Of a stretch of 64,000 bases of DNA, positions 39,315-52,549 are shown piece by piece. Under the pieces are notes generated by a model. It saw only the letters and a program-made list of their open reading frames with translations, was not told where the DNA came from and ran no database searches. Position 1 is the stretch's first letter. Each line of letters starts with the position of its first letter. Origin of the DNA: the human T2T-CHM13v2.0 reference genome, Homo sapiens; assembly GCF_009914755.1 (NCBI RefSeq), contig NC_060932.1; one strand, 5' to 3'. Made by a program: the position numbers and the translations under genes.

Positions 39315-41340
39315 TTTTCATTCTATTTATTGTTATTTTTATTGGTACATCACATGGAAATACCTGTGATATTTCGGTACATACATACAATATGTAATGA
39401 TTAAATGAGTATGATTGGAATATCCAGACATCACCTTAAACATTTATTATAGCTTTGTGTTAGGAACATTACAAGTTATCTCTTCTGGCTGACTTGAAAT
39501 CAACAATAAAAAAACAATTCTAGCAAACTGAATCCAACATCACATAGAAAATACCATTTAGCTTGATCAAGTGGTATTAATCTTATGTATGCAATAATAA
39601 TTTAGCATATGAAAATCAATAAATGTGGTACATTTATAGATGTTGAAAAAACATCTATCAATGTTGGTAAATTAATATTGTTAAAATATATTTACTATCC
39701 AAAGTGATATATAGATTCAATGCAATCTCTCTCAAAACAGCAATGACATTTTCATAGTAATAGAAAAAAATTATAAAAGTTGTATAATACTGCAAAAGAG
39801 TACAACTAGACAAAGCAATTCTGGCCTTGCAGAATAAGTTTGGTAATATTCCATCTTCCTCTTTTTTTGAGTAGAATTGGTATCAATTCTTCTTTAAATG
39901 TTCAATAGAATTCAGAAGTAAATTTATCAGGTCCTAAACTTTGTTGATGCCAGGATTTTCATTACTGCTTTGATCTTGTTACTCATTATTGAAGAATGAA
40001 ATAAAACTCTGCAGTTTGTATACTTCTTCATGGTACAATCTTGGTAAGCTCTATGTGTTCAGAAAGTTATACCCTTCTAGATTTTCCAATTTGTGAGCAT
40101 ATAATTTATAGTAGTGTCTAATGATTCTTTGTATTTCTGTGGTATCAGTTGCTCCCCTTTTTTGCTGATTTTATTTATTTTGGTCTTCTCTCTTTTTCTC
40201 TTAGTTAATCTACCTAAAAGTTTGTTAATTTTGTTCATCTTTTCAAAAAAGAAAAAAATTCTATGGGAGCTAAAAAAAAGCTGATCTCATTGAGGTGTAG
40301 AATAGAAAAGTTGTTAACAGAGGCAGTGAAAGATAGGGAGAAAAGGGGATGAGAGAGGTTAGTTCATTGGTGTCAGAATAGAGTGACATCAAAGGAATAA
40401 AGTGTTTAATAGCACAGTAGGGTGGCCATAGTTGAAAAGAGCAAAAAGAACCAAACTGGAAAAATCACAGTACTTGACTTCAAAATATACTACAAAACTA
40501 TAGTAACCAAAACAGCATAGTACTGACATAAAACAGAAACTTATACCAATGGAACAGAATTGAGAACCCAGAGATAATATCTATACATTGACAGCCAACT
40601 TATTTTCAAAGAAGCCAGCAAGAACATTCATTGGGGAAAAGGACAGTCTCTTTAATAAATGGTGCTGGTAAAACTGTATATCCATATGCAGAAGAAAAGT
40701 GCATTCCTATTTCTTGTCATATACAAAAATAAATTCATAAGGAATTAAAAACTTATGTGTATGGCCTGAAACTATGAAACTACTAGGAGAAAACTGGGGA
40801 AATGCTTCAGAGCATTGATCTGTGCAAAGAATTTTTTTAATTAAGACCTCCAAAAACACAGTCAACAAAAGCAAAAATAGACAAATGGGATTAAATTAAG
40901 CTAAAAAGCTTCCACACTGCAAAGGAAAAAATCCACAGAGTGAAGAAACAACCTGTAGAATAAAAGAAAATATTAGCAAGCTATCCATCCAAAGAGGGAT
41001 TGGTAAACAGAATCTATAAAAAACTAAAACAACTCAATGGTTAAAAAAAATAACCTGATTAAAAACAGACAAAAGATTTGAATAGACATTTCTCAGAAGA
41101 AGACATACAATTGATGAACAGGTATATGAAAAAAATGCTCAACATCACTAATCATCAGGGAAACACCAACCAAAACCACAATAAAATATCATCTTACCCC
41201 AGTTAAAATGGCTATCAAAAAGACAAAAATAACAGTTACTGGCAGGGATGTGAAGAAAAGTGTACACTCATACACTGCTGGTGGGAATGTGAATTACTAC
41301 AGCCACTATGAAAAACAATATGGAAGCTCTGTAAAAGACA
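39315..41340. mobile_element. rearranged L1MA (L1MA4-5-like), pieces in both orientations
   Basis: Minus-strand 3' end 39315-39510, plus-strand ORF2 39511-39822, minus-strand ORF2 39823-40250, plus-strand 3' UTR 40261-40435, plus-strand ORF2 40439-41340. Confidence 0.85.
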
Positions 41341-41407
41341 AAATGCATACGTTTTGAGGGAGAGAAAGACTAAAAGTTACACAGAGCATCCTTTGTAACT
41401 AAGACGG

Positions 41408-41782
41408 TGTATTAGTCTGTTCTCACTCTGCTAATAAATACATACCCAAGACTGGGTAATTTATAAAGGAAAGACCTTTAATTCATTCACAGTTCAACAT
41501 GTCTGGAGAGGCCTCAGGAAACTTACAATCATGGCAGACGGTGAAGCAAGCATGTCCTTCTTCACACGGTGGCAGCAAAGAGAAGTGCTGAGCAAAAGGG
41601 GGAAATCCCCTTATAAAACCATCAGATTTCATGAAAACTCATTCACTATCATAAGAACAGGATGAGGGCAACTGCCTCCATGATTAAATTACCCCCCACT
41701 GGAACCCTCCCACGACACGTGGGGATTATGGGAACTACAAATCAAGATGAGATCTGGGTGGGGACACAGCCAAACCATATGA
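41408..41782 (-). mobile_element. THE1C-like solo LTR
   Basis: TGTATTAGTCTGTTCTCAC...GGGACACAGCCAAACCATAT, TSD GACGG/GATGG (CpG decay). Confidence 0.95.
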
Positions 41783-44700
41783 GATGGGGAAAAAAGTAAA
41801 ACAAAATGTTAGGATCCTGCAAAACAAGAGTACCACAAAATCAGATAATTCAAATCTCCAAACTCATCATCTAATATTAATATTTTTAGTCTGGGTCTAA
41901 TTGTATTATCAAGTTAATCTTTACATTTTATAATGTTAATAAAATGATGCCTTATTTGCATCTCCATTGAGCTCAATCATACTTAGGAAACATTTGAAAT
42001 TAAAATTTAATACACCTTCCTAACTTTTACAAAAACAGATAATATTTTACTTAGTACTGAAAAAATAATTTGAAAATAATGGGAGAAACAGACTAATTAA
42101 TTACATGTAAAACTTAGTATCTTCCATGGTAATCCATAACATTTTTATTTTAAATCCGTAATAAAATTTCAATAATTTATTTTTGAAATTTATGAAAATA
42201 TTATAAACTTTATCTGAATGAACAGGTACAATAAAAAGTCAAAAACTGCTTTTGAATAAAGAATAATAAAAAGAAATGTGTCCTGTAATTAAAATAGAAC
42301 AACAAATTCATGCAGGATCAGGTTGAATTCCAGAGTAGACAAATAAATATTAATAATAAAATGCAAGAAATTTCAAATGTTCATATGAACTTAGCACAAT
42401 ATAAACACTACACCTAATATTACCCAATCTAGGTTTCTGAGTTTAATAGTGAGTTGACTCCTTTGGATGGATTTTATCCCAAAACACAGGCTTTGTCATA
42501 AGGTTTACCATTTTCCTATCTTTAACATAGCAGCATCCATGTTAGCACAGCATTTGTCTGTTTTACTATCCACAGTACATCCAAACATCATAAGAATGTC
42601 ATGCACATTTTAAGAGTTAGTATCAGTGAGGCAAGGATGGAGATAAAAAGTCAGAGAAATATTCAAAAGTGGGTTAAAACACTTGAGGGGAATTAATACG
42701 TGTTGGTGTTTGAATCAAGCATTACATTTTAAAAAATCCAGTGAAGACCTAATTACATAACATATTCAAGCTTTATACTTAAAATGTTTTTGTTGTATTT
42801 TTAAGATGCCTTTTTGTATTTTAAGCAGTAAAAATTAATTAGTAAAATTATGAGTGACAAAATATACTCAGTGTTAAGAGTGATATTAAAATATTAGTAA
42901 GAGGATTATCAGTATTGACAGAACAATGGAAGCAGAGTCCAAATTTATGCAATCGTATCTAGAAGATATAAAGTCATGTAACTAAAAAAATATGCCTGAG
43001 TTTTTCTAATAAATTTGTCTTCTAGAACTTTGCAGAACTACAGATGATTTAGTTTATGCATTCTGAATAAATGGACTCAGTGGATTCAGTGTTTAGAAGA
43101 GAATGATTATTTAAATCTGGAAGTCAGGGCTTTCTATCTATTTTTTTCCTCATCTGAAAGTTTGCCTTTTCTAGGAAAAGCAATTGGTTCTTTAAGATAA
43201 CATAGGCATGCAGATTGAAATCATATTTAGAGAGTCCTGTTTAAACTATAAAAAGATGTGCTGTATAAGCTCAAATCCAAAGTTATTAGAAGTAAAAAAG
43301 AGAATTACATGAAATCATTTAGTAAAGATGCAACAGCATAATTTAATGTCATGAAAATGAATTAGGTTCTATTTTAGTTGGCATTAGTTGTATATTCTAC
43401 TGATGTTTTCTTATTTAAAACATTTTCTTACTGATTACTTTTAATTACTTAGGTATTTCAGAATGTTATTGGATACCAGAGCTGAGCTAAAATAACAGAA
43501 AAAAAAAGTCATCAGTAAATATTTTTAAAAATTTCTTAAAACATATTTTCTAACTTCATGGGAATGGAAAAAAACTATGTTTATTTTCAGAATGAAACTC
43601 TCATATAGTATGTGATAAACATAGGGAGTAATAACCTCAAACTGGAAAATAATACTGATAGATATATTTTAAGTATTCAGATATCAAATTACTGGACTTA
43701 TGTAATTCTGATACCATTCAAAATAGAGTATTTATGGAGACAATAAAAATGCTTCCTACATACAATAAATTATGCACACCAAGGCAGTTGCTTCTGACCT
43801 TTCATTCTGTTTGAGAAAAGATTTGGACAGATTACTTAATCTCTATGAATTTATATTCTCATTTGTAAAATCAGTGCAGTATGTAACAGTTATATAAATG
43901 CTATCAGCAGGCATTTTTTGTTACTTCTTTTATCTTCTTGTGGATGAACTGTATTAAGCCATGATGTTTACCTAATGAGTCTTTTTACTTCTTTATAATA
44001 ATGTACTTTGCTTCCAATTTTTCTTTAAAGTTTAAAATTTTTACTTTATTTTTTATACATAGTTGACTTCTCTAGTAGCATATATCGTTAAATAAAATTT
44101 CTCTTCCTGAAGTATGTTATTAGCCTATATTATTATTCTTGACTGTATCACTTTATTTTTTAATCCAGTTCCTTCATATATACTGTTCTATGTTTTTTTT
44201 AACTTCTTTATGTATGTTTTTCTCTATATCCCCCCTCCTCTTCCCTAACCCGATTCCTTCATTTTCTCTTTCTCTTATGAAAAGCCTTGAAGAATTTTTC
44301 ACATGCCTGTAGTTTGTTTAAAATATCATTTTAGCCAGTTAATATTAATATTTTATGTTAATAATAGCAACTATTTGTATTTTAATATTTATTTTTCTTA
44401 TTTTTTCTACATACATAGTGTTTCTAGTGTTCTTCATTTTTATTCATGTACTATTCCAAAAACTTTTTCTCTCCAGTTTGATGTATCTTGTAATCTCAAA
44501 TTCCGCAAGGTCTTTAGATAAAATTGTTTCTAAATCCTGGAGTCTAATAAAATATATTCTGCTTAGGGCATTTGATGGGTCTACAAATTGCCAGACTCAT
44601 TTATTTCTTGAACTCAAAGATTGATATTTAATATGTGTTTGAGTAAACAAACTAATCAACTTTGCAAACTAAATGAAAATGTCTGTTCTCTTCTATACCT

Positions 44701-45799
44701 TGAAAAATAATAATTAATATTCTTTATTTGAAAACTCCAAAGTCTTATAGGATTTAAGAAAACTGCAACACGAAGCTTTGTGTTTTTTTCTTATACATTT
44801 AATTGAATTTATTTAAATAATTCATTTTACATTTGATTTACATTGGCCTTAGCTCTCCTGTATTTGTTTAAAAGAAAAAAAAAATTACCTTTTCAGGATC
44901 ACATATGATGAGGAGGAGGGAGAGAAAGTAAACTTACATTTTTACAGCAAGTAATTTGCAAATGCAGAGTATATATTAGAAAGTGCCTTAGTAGGCATAC
45001 ACAATTGTTTTAAGAGAAGTCATTCTGCATATTAAAGCACCAGCATTAGCAAAAAGGACACAAGGGAGCAAGAGTGTCTGGCTGGTGATAATGAAGTGGA
45101 GCTCCATACTTAATCTTTTCAAATTATTTTTTTAGGAAGAAGACAACTGAATGAATAAAGAATAATCCAGCTGGGGCTGTGTTCTTGTCAAAATATAAAG
45201 GGAAATGTTGAAGCTGATAGCTTAAAATATGTTGTGCACCGTTTCTCTATTTTCTAGTTATTGTTTGGGGACCCTAGTTTTTATAAGGGCTAATTAACAT
45301 TATAGTCCTAGGGACTAGTCCTTTTTGCCAAAAAAGAGACTGAGATTCAAATAAGTTATATAAATTATGCATTTTCCACCCTCATTGCACACATTTTTTT
45401 CCTTAGCATTTATTTTCAACCCGTTACTTATATTAAGATGTTTTGATTGTATTAAAAGGAAAAAGTTGTCACTTTGAGAAAATTCTTATTCTTTTATTAA
45501 TGTGAATATATATCTTTTCTTTGTATTTATCATTATTTTAATTGCTGTAGCATACTGTAATGCCATTGATGGACATCAAGAATAAAATACACTTCATTTT
45601 AACATTTATTCTGTGGCACTTAAGTATAATAAATTATGTATATGTTACATTATTACTTTTAATACCAATAGGTAATATGTGGTGTAATCTTACTTTTCCT
45701 GAAGTAAGCTGCCATATTCTCATGGAAATCACTTAAATTTGTTACTGGAAGTAATGATGACAAGCATGATTGAGATGGTACTAATTATTATAAATTGAG

Positions 45800-46010
45800 A
45801 ATTATTCCTGAGACTATTCCATGTGACCCACTTGTACCTTACCAGTTAATCTTCTCCACAACCATGTGTATTAGGTACTAATAATATCTCTTTTTATGCA
45901 GGTAAAGTTACTGAATCATAAGTTTTAATTCGTTTTACTCACCCCTCATAGATGATGGAGTTTAGACTTAAACCATGTCGATGTAATCACCAACACTGAA
46001 CTCTCACTCA
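45800..46010 (-). mobile_element. MIR SINE
   Basis: TTAATC..CACAACC.TGTG..TAGGTACTA.TA.TATC.C..TTT.A..CAG.T.A.G..ACTGA core. Confidence 0.6.
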
Positions 46011-47764
46011 GGATGGAAAAGTGGTGAAATCTACATCTGGGGATTGGGAAATCCATGGTTAAAAGATCAAACCACACTACTTGAATGGTCTGAGAGTGTT
46101 CTTAACATTAATAGAAGGATAGGGTTCATTTTCAAGGAGACAACAGATCAGAATTATCAACAATCAGATAAATAGAGATGATTTCACACTAAACAATTAC
46201 CTTACTATAATAAAAGTGCCTTAAGGCAGAGACCTTTTTTAATCCCTAGAATATTACCTGTTGAGTGGCAGATAGACCACCCTACAAATTTCTGCTAAAG
46301 GAATACATATCACAACATCTTTACCAAACAAATACGTATAAGCCAGAAATGTAGCTAATTTCCCTGTCTTTGCTAGTTAGTCATGAATTCCAACAAGTTA
46401 ATATGTGGATGACTTGGTACGTGTAAAACCATAAAAAATAGCCCTAAGTTTTGTGCTGGAGAGGCAAAATTAAAATTATCCAGAGTTGTATACTTCATCA
46501 TATCTTTATTAAAAATAATTCAAATGATATATAACATTTACAGGAAAGTCATAGCACTTCATGGTCAAACTTCTTCTAAAATACAGATTTTTTTTTCTCT
46601 TAGTTGAATATGTTGGGAGAAAACATGAAGAGATTTGTATAGTCCTGGATGAGTGAAGGAATTTAGAAGAGTGATTTATTTTCATGGAGAAATTCACTAT
46701 GAAAAAAATTATTAGGTTACCTTATTCCTTTGAGTAACACAGGTTCAGGAAATAATCTTGCCAGCAAAAGACTCTTCTGGATCAATGTAGAAAAGAGAGA
46801 AGAAACAATTTAATATTGGCATATACATTTGGGGTGACATAAAGTGACTATGAAGTCTGAACAGAATTTTACACAAATATATACAGTAAAGTAAAAGAAG
46901 GAACAATTAAAATTTCTATCTACTTGAGATACAAACGGCTATGCCTTGTGATTATCTCCTTTATCCTGTAAGAGAAACCTAAGTGTTTCTAGTTCCAAGT
47001 GTCAAAAGACTTGCAATGTTGCATTGCAAAATAAAAAGACCAGGCCTTTATTGGGCCTATTGCATTATAAAGGAGACACGCTAAGGAAGAGGGCAGGGAG
47101 GAATTCTTTCTCTCCTCAAAGGAGATTCTATCATTTTATCTTTGTGTATGTTTTTATTACAGCTCTTCAAATGCAGGCAAAGATTTGTTCTTATCAAGCA
47201 TGTTCTCATATAGGCAGCCACATCAATGACACAGGACAGAAAAAACACAATTAGCTTTGCTAGGAGAGGTGATGGTGAACAGGACAAGAGAGGAAGAACA
47301 CCAGGGTAATGCTGATGATTGCGTTGGACAAAACTTCTGGTGATGCCAAAGTAAATTTTTACCACATTCTTCAGGAGACAGGAATCCTGCATAAACTAGA
47401 GATAAACAGAGTTAAGAAATTTAGGGTTATAACTACATTCATATTTTTTTAGGCATTTAACAAGGTTTGTGAGTGTGCAATATTTCAAAAAAACACACAC
47501 AAATGCACATACAGATATAATCTGGCTCCTTTAGGACGGGAAAGGAAGACTTAATTCAATATAAATTTGAGACTTGGTTCTATGTGGCACGTTATCTATT
47601 CATTTCACATGTTTAAAAATATTTGGTATTTCACTATGATATCGCCAATATTGCCAAAAATATTAAGAATAAGATTTGTAAGTAAACAATCAAACAATCA
47701 ATTAAGATTTAAATGCCCGGACATTTTCTGAAAGTTATAGAGTTTTGAAAGATAATTTTTTTTG

Positions 47765-48003
47765 AAAGTATCCTATTATTTATTTTAATTTAATTGATTT
47801 ACTTATTAAACTTTAACTTTTATTTTAGATTCAAGAGGTACAGGGGCAGGTGTGTTGCATGATGCTGGGGTTTGGGTTACAACTGATCTCATTATCTAGG
47901 TAGTAAGCATAGGATCTAACAAATAGGCATAATAGTTTTTCAACACTTCCCCTTCATTCTCTCTACACTGGGTATACATGGACATAGGGAACAATAGACA
48001 TTG
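47765..48003 (-). mobile_element. short L1PA13-16-like 3' insertion with inverted 5' piece
   Basis: AACTTTTATTTTAGATTCA.GAGGTACA..GCATGATGCTG.GGTTTGG (minus strand), then a plus-strand piece GGGTATACATGGACATA..GGAACAATAGACA. Confidence 0.75.
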
Positions 48004-49029
48004 AAAGATAATATTTTGAAGTTAACTGAAAATATACTTATCTTGTTTCAAATTACTAAACTGTATGAAGAATTAAGTTATATATTAGTTATATTATTCT
48101 GAAGCTCTTACTATGTACTTTTACCCTAATAACTAAGTCAAACATCAGACATTATAGAAAAGTGATGAACTGGTAGAAATTTTATTAACTTCAATCAAGT
48201 TTAGAGAAAAATTTAACCATTGAAAATAGTTTTATACCTGTACTTCATTTGTTAATTCCAATAATACAGTTGACAAGACATGTTAATTATATTTTCTCCT
48301 GCTGGTATTTCCTAGGTAACCAATATGTTAGCAAATATAATTAAAACTCTGTACAATAATTGTATTATTTTAACATCTATACTAGAAGTTCTGAATTTCT
48401 TTTCTATTCTAAAGGAGAATGGGATGCAGAGAGCAAAGATGATCAAATGAAGGATATTAGATGGGAGCCAAAAAACAGATAATGCTAGTGGAGGAACATT
48501 TATTTCTGCTATGGTCTCCAACAGCATTTTTTGATTGTCATTAAAAAATAATGCATTAATGCTTATGGAAATTTTTTCAGAATATTAGTAATTTTAATTT
48601 TTGTGTGTGTATGTGTGTTTCCATATGTGTGATCTCATGTTTAGACTAACACAGTTTTTTTCAAAAGGCACTACAAATGGAATGGAAGCAGAAACCCAAA
48701 AGGAAGAAAGACTATAAAGTATATAAGCCTCTCTTAATTGAATTTCAACTTTTGTCAACATTTTTAGGGATATTTGGAAGTGCTTACATTTCTAAAGTTC
48801 ATAGAATTGTGGAATTCAAATCAAGGACAGGGAGGCCCACCTGACATTTAAGTAACTTAAGGAATTGAATAAAATAAGTGGTGAAAAATAATAATTATAT
48901 ATATTTTCCTTACTATAAAGTTAGATTATTTTATATCTAGAGATTTGTCAAGTATCACTTTGCACTAGAACATGGAGTCTAAAAGAGATTTTGGTTAGTG
49001 CATGTGTGTTTCTGTTGTTTTCATATTTT

Positions 49030-49195
49030 GAATTGTGCAACTTTAGGCATATTATTTGATATTAATCTTAGTTCCCTCATCTGAGAAACACCTAAACTTC
49101 AAAGAGTTTGATGAGAGTTTAAGTATATAAGGCATTTAAGCACACAGAAAATTGCTGGCATATACCAAACTTCCAACATAGGGTTACTGTTGTCA
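49030..49195 (+). mobile_element. MIR SINE
   Basis: TGTG..ACTTTAGGCA..TTA.TT..TCT.AGTT.CCTCATCTG core and tail. Confidence 0.6.
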
Positions 49196-49292
49196 TTGAT
49201 ATAGGAGTGCTCAAATTAAAATGTTCTCACTCACTTTCCACTTTAACTTACAAACAATGCTGCTTATCTTATGCATTAACTGATAACATTTA

Positions 49293-49615
<323 letters not shown>

Positions 49616-49759
49616 AGAAATCAGAGTCATATTCATTATTGTCAATGGAAAATATGCAAAATGTATATATGACAAACATAAAAATGATTATTTAGAAGAA
49701 TAATATATAGATATTGCATATTTATTTATGAAGTATATATTTATGATGTACAATATGCT

Positions 49760-50060
49760 AGGAATCATGCTAAATGTTATAGAAATTATAAAGATAAGCT
49801 TTTTTTTGGCTTTGAGGTTGACAAAAGGAAGATACGATTTAGGTTGATGTAAGGAAGATATGATTGCTTTCATCCCTGCAAAGGCACAATTCATGTTCAG
49901 GGGCAGAAAAGAAATGCTTCTAGATGAGGGATAAGGGAAAATAACAGAGAAAGTATCATTTGAATTAGCCTTTAGAAATTGAGTATGAATTTTACAGATG
50001 GAGATTACTTGGGACACAATATTATAAATGGAGAAAATAAAACCAGCAAATGTGCTGTGT
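49760..50060 (+). mobile_element. L2 fragment
   Basis: CATTTGAATTAGCCTTTAGAAATTGAGTA.GAATTT.ACAG.TGGAGA typical of L2. Confidence 0.5.
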
Positions 50061-50080
50061 TCCAAATGTTCATTTACTCT

Positions 50081-50487
50081 TTTTAAAAATTTTCTTCAAC
50101 TGTTATTTTAATTTCAGGGGCACATGTGCTGGATGTGTAGGCTTGTTATTAATACATAGGTAAATGTGAATCATAGTGGTTTGCTGCACAGTCAGCTCAT
50201 CACCTAGGTATTAAGACCAGCATCTATTAGCTATTCTTCCTGATGCTCTCCGTCTCCCCTCCACCTGTCCCTGACAGACCCCAGTGTGTGTTGTTCCCCC
50301 TCATGTGTTCATGTGTTCCCATCTTTCAGCTCTCACTTATAAGTGAGAACATGCGGTGTTTGGTTTTCTGTTCCTGCATTAGTTTGCTGAGGATAATGGG
50401 TTCCAACTCCATCCATGTCCCTGCAAAGGGCATGATCTCATTACTTTTTATGACTACATGGTATTCCATGATGTATATGTACCACAT
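50081..50487 (-). mobile_element. L1PA8-10-like 3' end
   Basis: 3' UTR plus ORF2 C-terminus (ORF 50326..50514: MWYIYIMEYH..NEIMPFAGTWMELE.IILSKL.QEQKTKHRMFSLI). Confidence 0.93.
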
Positions 50488-51067
50488 ATGTGTATGTGTA
50501 TGCTCACATAGCATAAGTTTAAATAGTTTTAATGAATATTTCCACTCATGAATTGAACTGAAAATATACTCATGATTTATGTTAGAAGAATGTTTGTAGA
50601 ATAAGTTGTTAAATGTAAAAGAACTGATATAGAGTCATAAAGGGAAACAAAATACAGTAGAAAAAAGGTAGAATGGGGTGGAAACAAAATAAACATATGG
50701 AATGAAAAATGTGGGGCTGCAAAAGTTATTTAGTTGGAGGGTTTGTAAGCTATGTCATATTTTTTATGTAGGTGGTAGGAATGAAGAAGATATTATGAGT
50801 TCCATATATGCACATTATGATGTGCTGAGATGCAACAGTATGAGAATACTACAAATATGAGCGTTTCCTGTGAGTAAGACAACATAGTTTGTTCTGATGT
50901 GTGTGGTATCAAGGTTGAATTGGGAAAGGGGAAGAACAATGTAAAATAACATTTCCAGATTTGAAATGCAATTACTCTCATATGAACTACATATGAACGT
51001 ATGAATCCCGGTTGCCACTTCAGGGATTTAGAGCAAAGCCAATTCATTTAACTTGAATTCCTGTCCT

Positions 51068-51420
51068 GTTTTTTTGTTTTTGGTTTCCTTTTGTTTGGTT
51101 TTTTGTTTTTTTTGTTTGTTTGTTTGTTTGTTTTTTTTGAGATAGAGTCTCACAGTGTTGCCTAGGCTGGAGTGTAGTGGCATGATCTCGGCTCCCTACA
51201 ACTTCTGCCTCCCGGGTTCAAGCTATTCTCCTGCCTCACAGCCTCATAAGTAGTTGGGATTACAGGCGCGCGTCACCACGCCCGGCTAATTTTTATATTT
51301 TTAGTAGAGACGGGGTTTCACCATATTGATCAGGCTGGTCTTGAACTCCTAACTTCGTGATCCACCCACCTCAGCCTCCCACAGTGCTGAGATTACAGGC
51401 GTGAGCCACCACGCCCAGCC
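51068..51420 (-). mobile_element. AluSg-like with long (TTTG)n tail
   Basis: Two arms, CTTCGTGATCC, TSD TCCTGTCCT at 51059-67 and 51421-29. Confidence 0.94.
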
Positions 51421-52371
51421 TCCTGTCCTTAGATATACCGGATAACATGTTACACTCCTTAAAGTCAGGAAGCTTCCTAGGCTCAGTTCACTTTTAGAAT
51501 TAGACAAATAACAATAAAGAACTCCAATGCTTATTTCTTTGTTTTCCACTATCCTCTCCGCCACACCCCTCACCACCTGATGCCTCACCCCCCCACACCC
51601 CACCCCATGCTCCAAGGTCCTGGTTTTTTCCTACCGACACAATTCTGGTGGAGCTGGAAAATGCATCAGAGAAGAAAATACACTTTATAAATTTACTTCT
51701 TTGTACCAAGACGTATTGATTTCCATGGCACACTTTGAATTTGTTTTTTCTTTCTTTTTTAAAAAATGTTAGATATTCTAAGTTTCGAGAAGGTCAGAGA
51801 GAATGGAAGAGGAAATAACATCCAACCTTATCTCAATGATGGGAATTGGGGGAATATATTAATAAAAGGCTTTCAATGAGCTTGTAGTCTATTTATGGAA
51901 GCAGAAAGTCTAGAAGGAATCAATAAAAGGTTTTTATTTTGTTTTGTTTCTTTTTACAAAGTAATATATAACAATTACAGATTAATAGATACATGAGTTG
52001 AAGAGGAGATGAATGGTTGAGGTCATTTTGGAGCTGTATATGAATAAGTTTGTGCTTTCCTTATACTTGAGAAAACTAGAGTCAAATATTTGATTAATGG
52101 GAATCTAGTACTCCTGAGAAAAATCAGTTGATATTAAGGGATGAAACAAAAATTTGATGAACAGTGATTTGAAGAAAATTGTCATAAATGAATTGACAAG
52201 GGAGTCAGGAGTAATCGGGTTTGAAAGACGAAGGATGCCTGTGGTGCAGAGTATTTAATATTTTAAAAACTGTTTTGATTAAATAAAATTTGTATCTTTT
52301 GATTCACTAAAACTTGTAGTTGTTAAAAAACCTTTTTTATATTTTAAAATTTTAAGAATTATCTTAGAATC

Positions 52372-52549
52372 TATGGATGGGAGGGGAGTGAGGGTTGAAA
52401 AACTACCTGTTGGATTTTATGTTCACTCTTTGGGTGATAGGTTCACTAGAATCCCAAACCTCAGCATTATGCAATATAATCATGTAACAAACTTGTAAAT
52501 GTATCCCCTGAATTAAAATAAAATAAAATTTTAAAAATAAAAAAATAAA
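52372..52549 (+). mobile_element. L1PB-like 3' end
   Basis: GAGGGTTGAAAAACTACCT.TTGG...TTGGGTGA..CCCAAACCTCAGCAT..CATGTAACAAAC..CCCCTGAA plus A-rich tail. Confidence 0.87.
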
